Shown here piece after piece: positions 62,104-64,000 of a DNA stretch of 64,000 nt; positions within the stretch are counted from its first letter, which is position 1; the number at the start of each line of letters is the position of its first letter. The stretch is from Chromera velia (taxonomy: Eukaryota), in NCBI GenBank assembly GCA_018398765.1, contig JAHBMJ010000013.1, positions 62,001 through 126,000 of the forward strand. Direction: 5' to 3'. A program made the translations under genes and the position numbers. The notes beneath the pieces are model-generated. The model was not told where the DNA came from, searched no databases, and was given only the letters and a program-made list of their open reading frames with translations.

Positions 62104-63792
62104 GAGAGAGGATACAGATATTTACAGTAAACGTCGAAGGGATCAGTGACAGCTGGGAACCAATAACGGAGAACAAGACTCCCACCATATCCGTGCGTGA
62201 TGCAGCAGGAGCAATCTGCAAACTCAGAGGCCCGATCGGTGGGCAGAGCACGCCGTCGGTGTTTGTGAGTGTCCGCGTGGGGAAAAGAAAGAAAAACCAT
62301 GGGAAGCCACGCTGTCTCTGTCTCGAGTGAGTGACTCTGCATGCATGAATGTATGGACAGACCTGTCCGGGTTGTCGAAAGAGTCCAAATCCGGGAGCCG
62401 GGGATGACTGGAGGGATTCGAGGAGCGGCGACTTCGTGTTGGGGAGGTGGGGTCAAGCACGTCTCCTTCCTCTCCTTCTTTCTCTGCCTGCTTCTTTCTC
62501 CGGGGTGTTTGGGGGGGGGACTGGCAAATGGGAGTCGAGGGGGGAGGGGAGGAGACAGGGTCGCTGGCCATCTCTGAATTGGCCTCTCTCTCTGAAACGA
62601 CTGTCGGCAGACGAGTGGGGACGGTCATCAGACGATCACCGTCGGGGGCGACTGGCCCGGAGCTGCCACTCCTTCGCTCATACACCACATTCGCCATTAT
62701 TGCACTACCCTCACTGTAGGAGTACAGGCGTGTACTTTCTGTGTACAGCTGCGCAATTCGAAAGGATTCCTCTGGAGAGGCTGCTCTCATTACCCAGGCG
62801 TGCAACACCATGTACGAGAGCGGGATGGCGTGACGCACAAGACTGCTCGATCTTGGGTACCTCCAGCTAGACCTCCAGTAGAAGGGAAAAGGGGTAGGCA
62901 GCCAGTAGAAGGGAAAAGGGGGAGGCAGCCAGTAGAAGGGAAAAGGGGTAGGCAGCCAGTAGAAGGGAAAAGGGGGAGGCAGCCAGTAGAAGGGAAAAGG
63001 GGGAGGCAGCCAGTAGAAGGGAAAAGGGGGAGGCAGCCAGTAGAAGGGAAAAGGGGGAGGCAGAAGACCCTCGGTGGTCAGCTCTCCAGGGAAATGCACA
63101 CGAAGATCCTGAAGAAAGCCGTCATACTGATTTTCTAGGCAACCAAGCTTCTCAGCCGCAGCTGGGGAGAACGACCGCTTGTTGTCGCGACTGGCACTGT
63201 AGTCACTCGCATCCCCCACCGCCTCCCACCCCCAAGAACTGAACGCACCGGACTGCTGGCGCAACACCTCTCTGAATGCGCGGATGAGCCGCCAGCTGCA
63301 GCGGCTGTCCCAGAGGCCTGAGAGCGAAAAAGTTCTTAACAAGAAAACGTTCCCGTTCACCATCTCGATGGCCAGACGGGATCCACGTTTGTCGAAGCTG
63401 CCGTCGAGATTCCGACTGAAGCGCATCAGACGGACATCTCGGAATGGGATCCCGACCCTCGGCAACGTGACCGAAATCTGATGCCGGCGGTAATAACGCA
63501 TGATCTGGTACTGAGGACGGAGCAGGATCGAATAGGGACCCAGCCATAGGTCATACATTGGCGGCAAAATCTGCTGCTGCAACAGTGGGGGGCTCCACTG
63601 AGGCGACAGCATCAACCCTTCGGAGAAACCACCCACACAACGAGAGAATCCTGTCGCAAGCTCAAATCGGTCCGAGTCGGCCTCAATCTCCCTCCAGACG
63701 TCAGTATTCATCTTGAAGAGAAACCGATATGTCTTGTCGCAAGAACAAAAGAAATGGATCTCCAGAAATTCTGTTCTTTGTTCACGCTCCCC
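60825..63792 (-). CDS. Uncharacterised, largely low-complexity protein; 5'-partial
   Basis: Exon 63792-62363 (acceptor caacag|GGG, upstream exons not identified) spliced in phase 2 to exon 61998-60825. Contains a Pro/aromatic tandem repeat and a duplicated ~55-aa segment (AVTxLS..G..VADFSTRSF). The second exon crosses an N gap. Confidence 0.6.
61794..61798. other. Assembly gap (NNNNN) next to a poly-C run
   Basis: Five N bases in the sequence. Confidence 0.99.
62875..63063 (-). repeat. 27-bp coding tandem repeat, 7 copies, LP(P/T)PFPFYW
   Basis: The + strand unit ccagtagaagggaaaagggg(g/t)aggcag is repeated 7 times. Confidence 0.95.
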
Positions 63793-64000
63793 CTGTTGTC
63801 AACGTTGATTGTCAGAAACTCTGGCACATTTTGATCGGCAAGAGATACAAAACGAGGTAGTGTTGCGGTGACTTGTTCAACGCAGCAGTGCAAATGATGC
63901 TATATACAGTGAGCAGATGTGTCTGTACATGTCTGTACATACGTGTTTCTGTCTGCCTGTCTTTAATTCTGTCTGGATCACTACAGTATCATTGGCTTCG

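Noticed and set aside
62875..63063. CRISPR-like 27-bp repeats
   Set aside because: They are head-to-tail with no spacers, in-frame coding, in a eukaryotic context and with no cas genes.

Overview
Intron-rich eukaryotic nuclear DNA with microsatellite-filled GT-AG introns, GTCAGT-type donors and many TGCATGCA motifs. A bipartite plastid-targeted SufS and a RAP-domain gene point to a chromerid/apicomplexan-related alveolate such as Chromera; this is inference. I spliced the genes by hand and checked frame continuity. They are: (1) a 25-exon, 5'-partial glucan branching-enzyme-like gene (CBM48+GH13) whose catalytic residues are substituted and whose barrel is interrupted by a complete, apparently active GT4 glycosyltransferase bounded by phase-1 introns; (2) an acidic repeat ORF; (3) a secreted protein with five LNR (Notch) repeats; (4) a DHHC palmitoyltransferase; (5) plastid SufS; (6) a mitochondrial RAP-domain protein; (7,8) two divergently oriented paralogues of an unrecognised ~8-TM membrane family, one carrying a large ectodomain with five tandem 6-Cys modules, each on its own phase 1-1 exon; (9) a 5'-partial unknown gene with a 7x LPPPFPFYW repeat. 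AT-rich, CTAG-rich islands and decayed gene fragments lie between genes. The strongest candidates for a new system are the GT4-in-pseudo-branching-enzyme chimera and the receptor-like 8-TM paralogue pair.
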